Assembly: GCA_026914245.1 (NCBI GenBank)
Contig: CP110440.1
Span: forward strand, 1,302,001-1,366,000
Source of the DNA: Puccinia triticina
Lineage: Eukaryota
Reading direction: 5' to 3'
DNA: 64,000 nt
The notes under the pieces were generated by a model. That model was not told where the DNA came from, did not search any database, and worked only from the letters and a program-made list of their open reading frames with translations. Of the stretch, positions 25,931 to 38,827 are shown piece after piece (position 1 is the stretch's first letter; the number at the start of each line of letters is the position of its first letter). The position numbers and the translations under genes are program-made.

Positions 25931-28900
25931 TTATTTACTTACTTTGGCTACCGCTATCTGTTGTTGGGGATTTAGTGAATACCGCACCCATCTCACTTCC
26001 GCAGGCTTGGTTGAAGAGTTCGAAATGCGCAGCACGGCCGGGGGCTTTCCCCCCCTTGCTGCTTGCGGTGCCTGGATAATCGTGGTACTGAGCAAACCAA
26101 GCCTGTCGGAGCTCCCCTTGGTACCGGCGTGCTCTTGTTCCAAGCGAAGGAAAGATTCATCCAAGAAGTCTTTGTCGTCTATCTGCGATATAAGATCTTG
26201 GGAAAGCAGGTCTCTTCGCAAGAACGCATAGACGTTCTTTTCCAAGAACTCTCGCCGGGGTTTGTCGAGTTTCTTGAGCAGAACGCTCCTCGAACAATCG
26301 CCAAATATGTCGTCGATCGTTTCCAGTGTATGCGACGGTGAAGTCGGGATGATCGGGATGAAGAGGCCTCTCCAATCTTCGTATGTGATCATCTTCTCAG
26401 CGCTGATTATCCGATAATATATTTGCATCATTAACCCATGTTCTTCCCATCTTATCTTGCCTTTTAATTCGTCTAATCGTGCCTTGGCGCTTTCCAGGAT
26501 ATCATTTCTACATTTAGCGTTGACTTGATACAAAGCATAATCTTTTCCACGAACAGAAAGAAACATTGCTTAATCTTGGGATTTTGGCATGGCAAACAGT
26601 AGCTTAAATTTTCAAAGATGACTTACAAATTCTGTCAAAGACTGGTATGTTTCTAACAATCCTTTTGGTGCGAGTCAAACATTTGATCAGGACCTCAGCA
26701 TTGCGTTTATCAATAGTTGCGAATTCTCTGTCAGTTGTCCTTAACATAGCCTGCCAAATGATTGGGTATTGATCGAGCCGAAGGGTGGCTGAAACATGAA
26801 CATGTGAATTTTTATAATTGAGGATTGCTAGCCTGACCAATCTGTTATATTCTAACCTGTCCAATTCATTATGTTCTTCCGGGTTTTCTTTGTTTGTGGA
26901 TTTCTGAGACAAATCAAAACGTTTCCCTGCATATTCCAGCTGTTTTTTCAGTGGCGCATTAACTTTCATCCCTTCCTTCATGGCAGCCGATAGATGTAGG
27001 TCCCATCTTCGCATCACTCCTTGCTCTTTTACCGGCTCACTAGAAAGGTCTGTCAATTTGATTATTTCTGTTATCTCGTCTCTCAAGAACTCGGTTATTC
27101 GATGTAGGTTGTATTTGATTACCCCTGGTAACCCCGATCGGAATACATCAGCTCTAAGTTGGTGGTATAATTCGTCAGTGTCGAAGCTAGAGTCGATCGA
27201 CAAAACATCTAAAACCAGTAGGGCTTTGGCGGATAATTCAACAAAGTTAACATGAGCTTTGAAGCAGATCAAGGAGAAAGAGATTTTGTAGGAGCTTACC
27301 TATCCTCTCTATCTGCTTCTTTTCAGCACGGACATTGGGATGGAACGTTGCAGGTCCCAAACTTGCTGCTTGATGAAGTTCTTCGGCGTAATTCATCAGC
27401 AAGTTGGCCTTCTGTTTTAAGACGGATGTCTCAATTTCCTGTGTAAAAACCATTTCCTCCTTCTTGGCTGACTGACTTTGCGCCCCGGAGACACTAGAGG
27501 ATCTAGTCAGGTCGTGAGATTCCCCGAAGGTTTTGAGTGAACTACAGATCTTTGAAACTAGCGTATAATAATCAAACAGCCGATTGAACGGGACTCCCTT
27601 TGCGAAAAATTCACAAAGCTGTTGGTAAGCCCCGAGAAAGGGTTCTAGCTTTTCTTGAGTGGCAATTCTGCGGAGCTGTCCCCAAAAGAGAGGACCATGG
27701 GCGACCATTGAGGGACCCATTTCTTGGCAGACTTCGATAACTTGGGAGAGAGAGAGAGAGGAGCAAGGGAAGTCAGGCGGGTATGAAAGGGTAGACAGGT
27801 GCGATGAACAGCATACTTACGCTGGGTTACCACTTGGTACTCCCATTCACATGATGCCACCCAAGCATCCACAGCCGGAAAAGGATCGATCTTCAGTTGG
27901 TAAGCCATTGGGATCAGCTTTGCTACCTCGCGGTTGAAGTCTTCTTCTTTTTCAAACCGAGGGTTTTGGGAAATAAGCTCATGTAAAGCCTCAACGATTC
28001 CCATGAGGCAGGAGTCTCCGCGTGCCGACGCTCGATCTGCGTCCGTGAGCGCAGGGAGCTTACCAGCAGTTTGAAAGATGGCCATTTGAGCCACTTCGGC
28101 CACACCCGGAGAACCAATTAGACTGTCGTGGAAGCCAACCAAATAATAAATAGTATGTTTTTACTTTGCAAAAGCACGTACCCATTGTTGATGAGAGGAC
28201 GTATACTTTCCAAGTGCGTGCTAAGGCATGAAACTTGAACGCAATTTCGACGAAGTTTCTGGTAGGCTGGATGGCTCCCAATTCTTCTCTTCTTTGCCTA
28301 TGCCAATCTGTGTCTCGATCAAACGACTCAAACCTTCCTATATTGGCGCACCATTCATTTAATTTTTTGAGCAGATGTTTACTCTTTTTCACGTCTTTTT
28401 TGGCTGCTCGTTTTATACTAGAGGACATCTGTCCCGATGACTCGCTTGCTATTATCCCCTCCTTTTCCCATCCCGGTTGTACATCTTTTCTTCCTAAATC
28501 CATCAGATCAAGCATGCTTCTGTCTATCACTCTCCAAGAGAACCATTGAGGATTGTCATTTTCTATTTAGATGAGGGAAGAAAGAAAATTTGAAGAACGG
28601 AGAAATTCTCACATATTAGGGTTTTGATCATTTCACCACCTATAATTTTCCACAAGACAACACGTCAATCTCAAATTTTGAAGAAGGGCGGTCTTGAAAA
28701 AGTGGGGAGATCAGGCACACCTGGCACTTGAGGGTCATCAAAAGCCTTAGTTAATATTTCGATATGTTGGTGAAGCGGATGGTTCATTGTTTCAAGTTGG
28801 TTGACAACAAGAAATCTCAGGCGAATCTCTGCGTAAAAACTTCTCACTGTTGAGATCAAAGCCAGAGAATAGTCAGTTTATTAAAAAAAACGGAAACTAT

Positions 28901-29082
28901 GTTTTTTTCGACTGATCAGCGGCAAAAGCGGGTTTGAACCCTGCAAGAAAAATGTGCTATAGCATACTTGAATCGGAACTAGGAGGCTTAACGAGCTGAA
29001 CAAATCCACCAAAGCACCACCCAACCAACCAAAAACCCAGAAATGAACCGAACGAAGGGAGTCTTCTTAAGTGAACCATCAT
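25931..29082 (-). CDS. Large multi-exon hypothetical protein with signal-peptide-like N-terminus, paralogue 2
   Basis: ATG at 29082 gives MMVHLRRLPSFGSFLGFWLVGWCFGGFVQLV. Shares MAIFQTA, GP.M.A...LFW.QL, RLF.YY, NLLMNYAEELH, VFRS.LP.VIK, PV.DRICKS and DIF.DCSRS with the 4494-7592 gene. Confidence 0.75.
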
Positions 29083-30178
29083 AGTTGCGCGGATGGATTG
29101 AGAAGAGGCAGTGGGCTTTGGGTTTTAGCCACACAAGAGTGTGCTGACATTTATACGAAGTCTTCACTTCTTTCCCCAATTGCCAGTCAAACAATGTTTG
29201 ACTACAACATAACATATCCCAGGGGATACATTCTAAAACTGTTTCATGTTTTTCTTTTCATTCGGTGTTTCAGGCTCTTCGGATGACGGATCCCAACCCT
29301 ATATGTATGTCAGTAGGATCAATCTGACACATCACAAGTCCCTGGGCTGGCGCGTACCGACCTCGCGCAAAGCGCGACTTCCGATCACACAATTCATAAA
29401 TATTTGGTGGGCCCGATACAGCCTGGCGGATCCCCGTCGGAAGCAAGCTTCCATAGAATGAACTTGGGTAAGTGGACCTTCGGTGTGCATTAAGCCTGCC
29501 TCTTGTTTTTTCCAGGTGAATACAAGCAGAATGCCAGAAGCAACCACCTTGACAAGTTTCACCCCTCTCAGCGCGCTCCTTGACTGCTTTTGTTGGTTCT
29601 AGCTTGGGACTACCTCAATTTCAAGGATTTCAACCATTGTGAGTTGGCAAGGGGTCACTGTGGTGCCTTGCGAGCTCATCAACAACAATCAACAACAATT
29701 GAGGCGGGTCAGCTCGCGTTCAGCCCCACTCGATCTCACTGACCAGAGGACGGACGAACAGGGAGGTGGGTGGTGAGCAAGAGGAAGAGGAGAGCGATGG
29801 GCGACGGCCACGACGGCTCCGCTCCAGACACTGCACTCACTGGCCCTGCTGCGCGGCCTGCCCGTCCTCTTTCTTGTTTCCACCGCCCCGCGTTTGTCCA
29901 CAACTCCTCGGCCATCGCCACCGCCCTCGTCGCCCTCTTTGCTTGTCTGTGGCTGCTCGTACTCAGCTCGACGGCTGAGACTATGACGCTGGCGAGATTT
30001 TGAGTTCTTTGCAAAATTACATCAGTGAAGGTCAAGTTGCTCTTGGGTGTGGTTATAAGTGGCTGGCGCTAGAAGCACTTAATCCGTCTCCTTATCTGAG
30101 CCTCACTATTTTTTTTGGTAGTTGTTGTTATGTTTAGTTAACTTTCAACAAAACTAACCAGCAATCAGTTCAGGCAAA

Positions 30179-33100
30179 TCCAAGTATATTAAAGCTTCAG
30201 GTTCACAGAAAAAAAATTCAAGGGTTTCCCCTACATTTGAGCAAATTACAAAAAAAAAAATCAAAGGTTTCCCCTTTTACAAATCAAGCAATCACAGGGT
30301 GAAATTCAGGTGACAATTGAAGCAACAAACAAAAAAAAACCATAAAAAAAGTCCTGCACCCAACCACCCAGCGCAGCAAGCTGACGCACTGTGGCCCAAC
30401 GCCCATCCCTGTCTAGCAGGCGAACCTGAATGTAGCCTAAACAAAGATCACCAATATAATTTGGTTGTGGATTTGCAACAACAGCAAAAAAAAAGTGCAA
30501 CAAAAAAAAGCGACTGACATGCCGAGTAGCCTCCCCGGGAAGCGGGTGCTTTAACTGCTGGAACGGACCAGTCATTGAGGCTCAATGACCGGAACGACCT
30601 GGCCATCAAGGGGAGTTGTGTGTTCCCTCTCCCCGTGGCCGGTTGTACTGCTCGGCGCTCATCTACATGTGTCAGCATATATCGGCGATCACGCTTGAGC
30701 CGGGTAGCTGGTCCGTACCGGTCATCAAGGCAGAACTCTTGATGCCGGGTGCGTATATCCTACTTTCTCGTACATCCGGCCATCGAAAGGAGTGCGAAAT
30801 GTCCTCTCAATGGCTGGGGTCATCGAGAGCAACACACTGATAGCCGGCCATCAAGAGGGTGTACACACTCCCATTGATGGCCCATCTATTCCAGCCATTG
30901 AGGGGAGTGTGAATCTCCTCTTGATCATTGTCAGGTACACACTCCCTTCGCGACCTGCCATCCGGCCTTCAAGAACAACTCACCAAGCCTTTGATGGCCG
31001 ACCCCAACCGGTCATCGAGAGGGGATCAAACTACTCCCCTCAATGGACATTTTGTTCCGGCCATTCTGGTCCGTTCCAGTAGGACCAATACCCGCGCCGG
31101 CGATTGGTATTGGTCATACTGGATGAGATCCGCCCACGGCTGGGTGGGAGGGTGGGCACCTGAGATGGTCAGCATACGTACTTGACCTTTTTTTTGTGTG
31201 TACATAACCATGGTGATTCTACCAAAGCAGAATTGCTTAGGCTAGATTCATCTCCCCGTCTAGCAGGGTTAAAAAGCGTTGGGAAGAGGACCCCCAGCCC
31301 GAAAGCACAGGGGGGCCCCCGAATATTCCCCGCCGGACTGCGCAAATGCAACAGCGGACGGGGGTGAGACGACCCCTGGCTGGAATTACAGCTTGTGGGT
31401 CGCCTGAGGAAAATCACACCAAACCCACCCCTCCTTTTATAATCCCTTGTCCTCACCTTGTTGCCATTCAAACATCCCCCCACCAACAATGCTGACCTCA
31501 AGCCACAACCATACACCACCAAAAGTCTCGCCACGGGCGTCCTCCGAAACCGTTGCCCGACCAACCAATAATAATCCACGCGTCGTAACCCCGGCTACAA
31601 CCACGACGTGGCCCCTGCGCCACCCACGCCCGCCATGCCACCTGAATTGGCCCCCTGGGTCCACTTTTCCAGCCCGAACACACTTGAAACGCACTCAAGC
31701 TGTCGATCCCCATGCCAAACTTTGTAAGCCCCTGCGCCCACAGGATGCACAATAGAACAGACTGCTGATTGATTTGTGTTGTGGTTTTTTGTCCAGCTGA
31801 TTGATCCCCAGGACGGCCAATTCATGCCGTACTTCGAGCGCTCTCCAGTCTCGACGCCGGACCAGGAGTGCGATGAGCCGCACTACTTTGACCACCCCTA
31901 CACCTCGTACGACTCGTCGCCAGACTCGGTCCTGAGCCCGTTGCGCTCCCGGGCCAACTCAATAGCCCTGAAGAAGCTCATGGAGACCCAGATGCAGATG
32001 CTGCTTGACATCAGCGCGGCTTGGAAGAAGAAGTACCCTGTGGACGCATTGGACGAGGCGCCCCGGAGCACGGCCCACGACGAGGACGAAGCAGCAGCGC
32101 CCTGCACAAGTAGCAGCAGCAGCAGCAGCAAAGCTTGCGAGGTCCCGCCGGTGCCAACCAGTGCTACCCAGCCCGTGTCCTTTCTCCCCGCCAACCCTAT
32201 CTTCATGAAATCCAATTGATCCTCATACCCGCCGGACCTTCTCGAGTCACACAAACATCGCCAGAAGAAGAACACATTAAAGAACCGAGCCCGCCTCTTC
32301 CCGCGCCGGGTGACTAGCATTTCGTTTTCGAGCACGAGCAACAGCTTTGTGCTGCTGGAACAACCCTCATGAATGGCGACCGCCTCCTGCTCCAACTCTT
32401 CCCCTCAAACACGCGCACCCCGTCAAGTCTCTCCCCGTACGCCCTTCTGTTCCCCCTCTCCGACCACGGACACACAACGTCACCACACCGCTCTTCGCCG
32501 CCCGCATCAGCCTCGGCCTCGGCCCCGGCCCTCCGCTCTCAAGCTCCCCAACGCCTCCGCCGCCACCCAGAACTTGAATTCCAATCCCCTCCCCAACGTT
32601 GAGGGCACAATGACTACCCAGGAAACTTCCAAACTTATAGCTTGGCCCAGATCAGAACCATGATGAAGCTGCTTAAGATCATAGGTAAACACAAAGTCCG
32701 TCCTCCTCTTGTAACACCTCTCTAATGCTGTTGTCAATTGTTTGGGGTTTTCTTTTAGTTTTTTGGTGTAAAAAGTCAATTGAACATCCCCACTGCTCCA
32801 TTCAGTAGTAATTTTGTCTACATCAGCCAGGAAAGATGTTGTAGGTTTCCACAATGGTGGCTTATAAAAGACATAAAAAAAGAAACAAGAACAAATGTGC
32901 ATTTACAACATTGTATTCATGTCTTGATAATCAGGTTTCATGACAATGTATTTCAAGCAAAGGAATAATTAATTAGTTACCTGCACAGTGTGATGATAAT
33001 TATTGTCAAACTTTTTGTTCTGATCTGCTTTGATTAACCAAGTGACTTGAGGATCAGGGAGGAGATCCACATGAATAGTCTGCTGACAAATCTTGAGATG

Positions 33101-34055
33101 GTCAAGCAAAATGTTGGCATTGAGTATAGGCATGTTGATTAAGGTACTGTATTGAATGATTGTTGTCAATTGGGAGCAGGTTGATGAGAGTGGATTGATG
33201 GCTATCATGCACAAGCAGGTTGATCAGGGCAGGTGTTGGTTAATACCATGTGATGGTTAATATGAGTGAAACTTGATAGAAACAGCCCTAAGAGTGGCCA
33301 GGAAGATGGGTGCAAATTACCATTTTATGGAAACAGTGATTCTGAAATCAATCATCAGGCATGGGCTATTTGGGCTGTTCATTTTTTGCACAAGAGTGGG
33401 GTTGTGAAAAGGACTATGGGTTTCCTGTCAGGTATGTGGTTTGATGTGGGAAGCTGAAGTGTTGATATGATTAATATTGATGTATTGCTGTGATTATCTC
33501 AATAGTGTAAATTGGCAATCACCACTGTTGCAAGTTGTAGCATCTGATTCTGATGGTTCTTTTTGAAACCATCATGGGCAAATAAATTATTTCCAATTGG
33601 TAAAATGGCCCATAGTGTCTTTACCATAAATTGTGGTCTGCATTACCTTTTTTTGTGGATCATGGATTTATGATTTAACCACTTGAAATCATGATGCTGC
33701 ATTGGATATCTCACAACTGCCAGGGTTATAAATTTTTAAAACTCAGCAGGACATTTATTATATCCAAATGGAAAAATGTCACATATTTTTAAACTTGGCA
33801 ATTATTTGTGAACACATCATGTCCAAGTGTGGTAATGCCATTTGTTATGGGAGAATATCTGATTGAAAATTAGGTAAAATGTACATATGTATTCTTAAGA
33901 TTTGGCAAGAAATTATGAAAACATGATGTCCAAGTTTGGTAATCCTATTTTTATGGCAAAATAACTGATTTACAATACAACAAAATGCAATGCCAGGGCC
34001 CATGCCTATAACTGTGTTTTTTTCACTGCAGCGGTGCAGCCGCCTTGGCCTCTAG
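30179..34055 (+). mobile_element. Non-autonomous Helitron-like element A
   Basis: 5' A|TCCAAGTATATTAAAG; 3' GCGG-TGCAG-CCGC hairpin + CTTGGCCTCTAG|T; shared 5' module; unidentified coding-like cargo at 31776-32600. End pairing is inferred from orientation and family similarity. Confidence 0.8.
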
Positions 34056-34901
34056 TATGTTTATGAAAACCAAAAAAAAAAAAGAAAAAAAAGACCCAAG
34101 AAAATTGAGTCTGCAAAATATTTTGTGGAATAAAATTTGGTTATGAGACTGTTTTGTGCAATACAATTTGGTTATCAGAATATTTTGCCCAACATGAACA
34201 AATAGTGGGATTGGAGGTATTTTCCGAATATTTTCAACTTGTCATCAAGGATGTCTTAAAAATCTAGAAAGCTTCATAGACGTGTTCAATTAAATATCTC
34301 TGAGAAATATCCTGGGGGAATGCATTATTCCCATCACATCTGGGACCCTTGCAGTTGTGGATATAGACCCAAAAGTTCTAGATTTTTGCAGAAAAATCTA
34401 GCTTTTGGGGCTCCAGATCACTTCTGGAAGGCCCTCAGATCTTGAAGGGAAGTCACCCAATATTTCCTAAATATTTCACAAATCAGCTGAAGTGATTTCT
34501 GATATTTTCAAAATATCTGAAATGCAGATGCTGCCACTCATTCCTCTTGACATCTGCTCTGTATGAACTAGGACATATTTCAATGGACCTACTTCGCGCA
34601 CTGCGAAAAACTCTTCGCGCACTGTGGGGGTCGTCGTCTCGACGTCCCGCCCCCAGTGCGCGCTTCCACCACGGCTCTTCATGCACTGTGCATTCCCCCG
34701 AAAAAACAGCTTACTTTTCTGGAGATATTTTTTGATGAGTCGATAGAACAACCTTTTATGACCCCCCCAAAAAATAATCAAGTCATTTGATGGTCTCCTT
34801 GAGCCTAGAGAAAATTGAGATGAAATAATCATATTTTAATGCGGCAGGGACCTGTAATATCGCTTCCTGTGCCCCAGTAGCCCCAAAAATTTCACAGTAC
34901 A

Positions 34902-37900
34902 CTAGAGGCCAAGGCGGATGAGCCGCTGCGGGGCCTCAAGACAAATGGAGGTGTTGCTGCACCGGTATACAATTGGCAAAACCACTGGAAAACCCAGAAT
35001 CACCTCTGGAATCTCCACAATTAATATAGAAGTTTTCCCCATCTTGTTTGGGGATTTATGTAAAAGTTATATGGCTTGCAGTCATTAAGAATTATGTCAA
35101 GCCTTTCCTTAACACCACTTGCTTCTTCCAACTCAAAGTTGTACAAATGTTGAGCACAGCCCACGCTCATCTCCATCACAATTAGATCACAACACAAGCA
35201 CCACCATTACTTTTTTTAATCATACTGGCGGTTAGCCATTAATGTCAATTGTAAAACTTCACCAAATTTCTCAGCCAAAACTCAATCTAAGAACAAAGCT
35301 CTTGTAGAAGTCATTTTTTCATTTAATGGTTTTGCGCCTATTCTGGCGGTGGTAAGATAGCCCTACAGTGTCAACTGCGCCTATCTGTTACACACCAATT
35401 CTTTAAACTTGTATGTTGGCCGGCGGCCAGACAAGAGAAGCTAAAAAATCAAATTTTAGTGATGATTCAACATACGTCAACCAGTTTGTTCACCACCCGG
35501 ATCAAAAATCCCAGATGCAGTTTTTGTAAACTGCTGTATATTATTTACCTCAAGGGCTCCTGGTTCTATGTTGTGTTTCACCCGCTCCAATTCCCAACTG
35601 ATCAGTTTTTGTATTGCGATGGGATCAGTGGGCAGTTGAGGGTTTCCGTACTGCTTTAGTGGTAGAAAGGGATGGAACGCCCGTGTAATAGCAAGCCAGT
35701 GCGGATCAAAAAACAGCTTGGCTGTGCTGTCATCCGAGTTTTGAATAATCCTTGGTTCAGCCAAGCGTTTTCGAAGCAACCTTTGTCGCCTGTTGAATCA
35801 AATCAGGATCCTCGCTTGCATCAGACAAAAGCTTATGAGGCGATTAAAAGCAAGCACACCTCATCCTTAAAAAAAGGTTCTGCCCAGAGAAGTTGAGCTA
35901 TGTTCCCATACTGCTCAATACCGACGGGCCAATCATGGGATAGAAAGACGTCACTTGAAATTGCAATCGGCAGTTGGCTAACTTGGAAGATATCATATTT
36001 GCGTACATGATAGATGGAGTGAATCGTTCCCTTGAAATAGGGCAGATGTTCATAGTGGCCTAGACCAGATCGAGTTCATTTGTAAGCGCATGAAGAAATT
36101 GAATCATCAATCAAAGTTTTCTAACCAGCAGTGCAATCACGCCTTTGTAAATCCCACTCGCACCACTGGTTTGAATCGAGTCAATCAATCCATCCGGCAA
36201 TTCTTAAAAAAGAATCAAAGAGCCCCCAGAACCTAAGAAATGGATGTTGGGCGCGACCCACCAATCTGTTGGAATACACTGCGCGCTCTGCGCTGCGGTA
36301 CGGCAAGTTACTTCGGACACGATTCAATGACGTCTGTGAGAATTCACGTCTAGGTGAAAGGCATCAATCTCATAAAATGAGAAAGATGCCGGGATCCGAA
36401 ACAGCTGCGGAGAATGGTAAGCAAAAGCAAACCACATCCGCAGTCCAAACTGGTGCCGCGGGATTGTAAACTGAAAACATCTTTTGATGCATGCAGGTAC
36501 GATCACCGTGAGCAACAAGATTCAGCTCAAGGGAAACCCCAAAGTGCGACCACTGTTTGAGAGGATCACAACTGCTACCAAAGGTATGTAGTTCAATATA
36601 AATCAAAGACAGATGGGTAGATAGTTGCTAATGCACTATCCAATGTTCTTCAGGCAAAGCCAAAGACAGAGGAACCAAACACGCCGATTCCGCTCAAAGA
36701 GCCGGAGAAAAACTCGGTAAGTGTTTGTGTTAGAAGCAGTGGAAGGAAACAAAAGACTAAGAAGGGGATGACATGTATCTACAGATAACGTCACCACTCT
36801 TCGCAGTCATTTCGCGGAAACAAATTAAGCTTTGGAACCTGCCTGGTCTCTGGCTGGATTAATGTAAGGAACAAAAGAGTTCTATAGAAAAAGAAGAAGA
36901 TAAGAGGACTGATACCGTGTCTGCTAAAGCAGAAAAGATCAAATCAGCCTTTGAACCGTTGAGGTTCCATTTTTCTATTCTCACTCTTATCTCATTAGTA
37001 GAACACGGTCTAGTGTCTGCTCTTAGGTAAAACCTAAATTTATCATTGCTCTCATCATTAATTGTACCTAGAGTAATGACAAGTCTAACTGGAATACATT
37101 TCTTAGTTCTCTGAAATCTTTCAACATCAACGAGTGCTGAGACTCCAAATCAAGAACAGATGACCGCTACTCCTTGACTCTGTTGACCGCGATCAATTCC
37201 CCTTTTTCCTTATCTCGACATCTCTTTCCAACCAGCGGTCAACATCAATTATCAATCATAGTGCGCGGTTGCTTGTCAAGGTCATCAGTCTAGGCGGCTC
37301 AATCTAAGGTTTTTTTATTGATTATCCGTTATCTATCCTGTTGACCATGTTTATCTAACCTTCTATTTTATTGTTGTCTCAGCCATAAAGTCCTAGTGTG
37401 TGTGGTAGTTCAGGTTCTTTTGTGTTCTCATTTCCATATTGTTCCTGTTTCTTTTAGGTAAAAATTGTTTCTTTTTCATCATTGTTTTCTATCTTTTATT
37501 TTAAACTGAAATCAATTTCTTTTAGCCTGATTTTATCACAATCGCGATAGCTTGGAGGCAAAAAGTAAGGGTATCACATTGGATTAAGAAATTGAACTGG
37601 CCAAAGCAGAGATGGGAGTGAGAGTGAGTGAAATATGAGCTTACAGCTCCCATAAATAACCTGAGGCTTCGTGGTTTCCACCAACAAATGTTGTCAAGAT
37701 TGGGGCTAACTTTGGTGAGGCAACTTTCGCGAGGGAAAAGGAAGCTAAACTCAATCAGAAAGTATTCTCCCAAAGCTCGAGGATAACAGATGGTCTCAAT
37801 GAAGCAAAACACACCTTCTCTCCACTATAATATTGCCAAAATGTTCCCACTTGGTGGTACTTGATGTGAGCCGCAAAGGCTTGCAACTCTGAATGATTCC

Positions 37901-38749
37901 TAAACAATTGAACATCTCCACAGCAGATCAGCACATCGGGCGCCTTGAAACAAGTAGGTTGGCTGTGTAAAGTGTTTTTGCTGGCCCGGAGTGTTTCCTG
38001 CAGCATGCGGTGGGGCTTTTCCGTGCGTGGCGTAGACAACACAAGACAACAAGCCATAAAGCTGGGTTATGGGAGAGGGTGTCGTGGGTGCCAATGAGTG
38101 TTTCTATGATACGCTCGCCGAGGGCAACCAAGGGTGTGTTGGTTGGGGTCAAGATGTTACGCTTGTGGTGGGTTGCTGGGCAAGTGGTGTGGCTTATGGC
38201 AAGACTGGATCCAGATGAGGGTGGTTGCTGTATGAGGGGCCGCGGTAGGTACGGGTCGTAATCGGATTTGGTCTGGTTGTGCGTATGGCTTGCAAGGCAA
38301 ATTCACTCAAGACCGCCTATATAAGGACTGCCTGCATGGATGTGTTTCCCTCAGGCGATCTTGCGGGCTTGGCTTCCAGCCCGGGGGATTGTTTCACCCC
38401 CGCCCGCTGTAGCACTTGCGCAGTCCGGCGGGGGACTATTTGGTGACCCCCCTGTGCTTAACCGCTGGGGGTCATCTTCCCACTGCTTTTTGACCTTGCT
38501 AGACAAGGATGGGCATTGGTCCACGATACACCAGATTGCTGGTGTTGGGTGGCAGGCGCCGTGGAGACTTTTCTGTGAAAATACAAGTGTTGTTTGAGTT
38601 TTTTGTAGTCTATTGCAAGGTCCCCCTTTTTTTTTTTTTGCTTTTTTTTCAAAGGGGGAACCCTTGAATTTTTTTTGGTGATTTTGTTAATTTATAGGCA
38701 GAACCCTTGAAGTTTCATTCTATGATTTGCTGGCTTTAATATATTTGGA
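34902..38749 (-). mobile_element. Non-autonomous Helitron-like element B carrying DBR1 fragments
   Basis: 5' A|TCCAAATATATTAAAG at 38749; 3' GCGG-CTCAT-CCGC hairpin + CTTGGCCTCTAG|T at 34902; flanks rejoin as GTACA|TGTGCAAATTCATGA, as in the intact foldback copy; no TSD. Confidence 0.9.
35477..37950 (-). pseudogene. DBR1: Captured, fragmented lariat debranching enzyme sequence
   Basis: APDVLICCGDVQLFRN..KYHQVGTFWQYYSGEK (~37815-37945); GHYEHLPYF..IHSIYHVRKYDIFQ..DVFLSHDWPVGIEQYG..PFFKDE (~35860-36060); LFFDPHWLAITRAF (~35680-35720). Intron-like GT-AG segments retained; middle of the protein missing. Confidence 0.85.
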
Positions 38750-38827
38750 TGTGCAAATTCATGATCTGATAATTTTCAGAATTTTTCACAGAGATGTAAG
38801 GGGTGCGCGGCAGGCTTAGTAGGAAAA

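Noticed and set aside
29281..30091. Weak GGA(T)GACGGAT inverted pair around a GC-rich ORF-like segment
   Set aside because: Only ~10 bp with an indel, and no TSD
34027..34930. TAGAGGCCAAG motifs read as terminal inverted repeats of a cut-and-paste transposon
   Set aside because: They face outward, have no TSDs, always end CTAG|T after a hairpin, and pair with TC 5' ends at reconstructable empty sites; Helitron 3' ends fit better
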